DNA of 62,372 bases, filler included, from Hausera hauseri (taxonomy: Eukaryota): assembly GCA_046269625.1 (NCBI GenBank). It is 12 parts of 12 records of this genome, joined end to end, with 100 filler letters (N's around TTAATTAATTAA, not from the genome) between each part and the next. Parts side by side here need not be neighbours in the genome. Positions count along the whole stretch, not along the records: positions 57,471 to 62,372 come from JBJURY010397367.1; 11 more parts are not named here. The stretch is one strand, 5' to 3'. Under the pieces are notes generated by a model, which had not been told where the DNA came from, did no database searches, and saw nothing but the letters and a program-made list of their open reading frames with translations. The first letter of the stretch is position 1. Each line of letters begins with the position of its first letter. Made by a program: the position numbers and the translations under genes. This document shows positions 61,166-62,372 of the stretch, in pieces.

Positions 61166-61270
61166 AGGAAGGAAGCCAATGGGAGGAGAACACGTCATCG
61201 TGGGGAAGGAAAACTGGCGAATGGGAGGAATACACGTCATCGTGGGAAGGAAGGAAGCCAATGGGAGTAG
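61166..61270. repeat. ~42-bp subterminal tandem repeat with CCAAT, CACGTCA and CGTGGG(A)A motifs
   Basis: GGAAGGAAGCCAATGGGAG and ACACGTCATCGTGGG each occur twice. Confidence 0.8.
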
Positions 61271-61402
61271 AGGACCAATCAGGGAGCATTGGTGCCAAGT
61301 GGGTTTCACTATTCCCACCCCTTATTTGTTTTAATTTTGGTGGACGGGTATAAATATAGATGTGTAAATAGCATGGCGTTGTTTCAAGGAATAGTACGAT
61401 AA

Positions 61403-61703
61403 ATGGTAAGTTTTTGTACTACTAAATAATTTATATACTTAGAATTACAAAATAGATTTAGAAGCTGAAATTAAACGGCTCACGAAGGAAATATGCAGTG
61501 GGAAAATAGACTGTGTCCAGTTTCTTAATGAAATGGACAATGGATACTATCTGTCAAAAGAAGACTATGTTGAACTTGTTGTTCGTTCGATACTAATGAC
61601 AAAGATTAAAGAAGAGTTTAGAAAAAGACAGAGAAATATTATACTTGCGTGTAGTATACTTACTGGTGCATTTGTAGTATTTTTATCTAGATTTGTTCAT
61701 TAA
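61403..61703 (+). CDS. Spliced 87-aa tail-anchored membrane protein (not in the ORF track)
   Basis: TATAAATA 61349; ATG|GTAAGT intron 61406..61442; open exon NYKIDLEAEIKRL...RKRQRNIILACSILTGAFVVFLSRFVH*; AATAAA overlaps the stop. Confidence 0.6.
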
Positions 61704-61762
61704 TAAATGTTTTACGTGTCAATCTTGTTCACAACCAATAAAGAATAACATGAAATATTTAT

Positions 61763-62314
61763 TTACAAGTCTTTTTTTACAAAATCAGTGATTGTAGAAA
61801 TAAGCTTATTCTGTTTTGTCGCAGTCGAAGACAATTCCTGTAACAAATGCAGTAGATATCGGTATTCTTCCCGTTGTAAGGTTAGATTTTCCAATGCTTT
61901 TTCTGCTGGAATCAATTCAAATTGGATCCGTAACGTATCATTTGTTAAAATTGATTCTAAGTTTCGTAATGGGAAAAATTGCGGAAAACCACTTGCTATG
62001 TTGCGATCACTTTCAGGTTTTATATAACAAACCGAACTGCTGTCTGTTGTTATTTGGTTTGAACATATACAATTGCCTATTTCATTAAGTAGTGTCATTT
62101 CTATTTTTCCACGTAAAGGCCATTCCAGCTTATCATCATTTTCTCCTTTCACCAAGGCAAAAAATACCGATAAATGTGTATATCTTCCAATACCATCACC
62201 ATCTGGATAGATTCTAATACAGAAGTTGTACCCACAGATACTGAAAGTCTCACTGGTAATTACGTCCTTGATATTTTTAGTGAAGTTAGGTAATTCGAAA
62301 ATGTAGGTATTCAT
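61763..62314 (-). CDS. Stand-alone TRAF-type MATH domain protein with C-terminal coiled coil, intronless and intact
   Basis: GYNFCIRIYPDGDGIGRYTHLSVFFALVKGENDDKLEWP...KP...NIASGFPQF..NDTL; TATA ~62345 and CCAAT ~62363. Confidence 0.92.
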   Translation of the reverse strand: MNTYIFELPNFTKNIKDVITSETFSICGYNFCIRIYPDGDGIGRYTHLSVFFALVKGENDDKLEWPLRGKIEMTLLNEIGNCICSNQITTDSSSVCYIKPESDRNIASGFPQFFPLRNLESILTNDTLRIQFELIPAEKALENLTLQREEYRYLLHLLQELSSTATKQNKLISTITDFVKKDL

Positions 62315-62372
62315 AATGAATGAGAACTTGTTATATGTACGTGCTTATATACTTGATTGTAGCCAATCAGAG

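Larger units (their letters stand above)
61123..62372. mobile_element. Probable Polinton/Maverick terminus and subterminal cargo genes
   Basis: Starts AGTAGT exactly where env homology stops; subterminal repeats; 22-nt motif shared with the Polinton contig at 24046. Confidence 0.7.

Overview
This is not one locus. It is 12 unrelated 4-7 kb eukaryotic (AT-rich animal) contigs joined by 11 artificial 100-nt linkers (N44-TTAATTAATTAA-N44), so adjacency only has meaning within a contig. Content is mostly decayed mobile DNA: Ty3/Gypsy and BEL/Pao LTR retrotransposons, an RTE-X-like LINE, a teleost AFC-type CORE-SINE, Sola2/mariner/DD37E/piggyBac DNA-transposon remnants, and several Polinton/adintovirus segments (pPolB, integrase, ATPase, two tandem pentons, MCP, adenain). 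Two host-type gene fragments are present (GANP/SAC3, DPAGT1). Highlights: (1) two divergent Ty3/Gypsy copies whose Gag is preceded in frame by a ~72-aa ubiquitin-like domain ending RIRGG|M, conserved through fully synonymous codon change, with a covarying -1 frameshift pseudoknot; (2) two Ty3/Gypsy-type elements with a chuvirus/gB-like glycoprotein UPSTREAM of the protease (RT visible in one), one also carrying an integral UBL and an AT-hook-like motif; (3) a BEL/Pao element with CCCH fingers where Gag CCHC knuckles are expected; (4) a Polinton terminus inserted into one of those env genes, followed by an intact stand-alone TRAF domain gene and a spliced tail-anchored protein gene. All family calls are by-eye motif recognition; no database searches were run.
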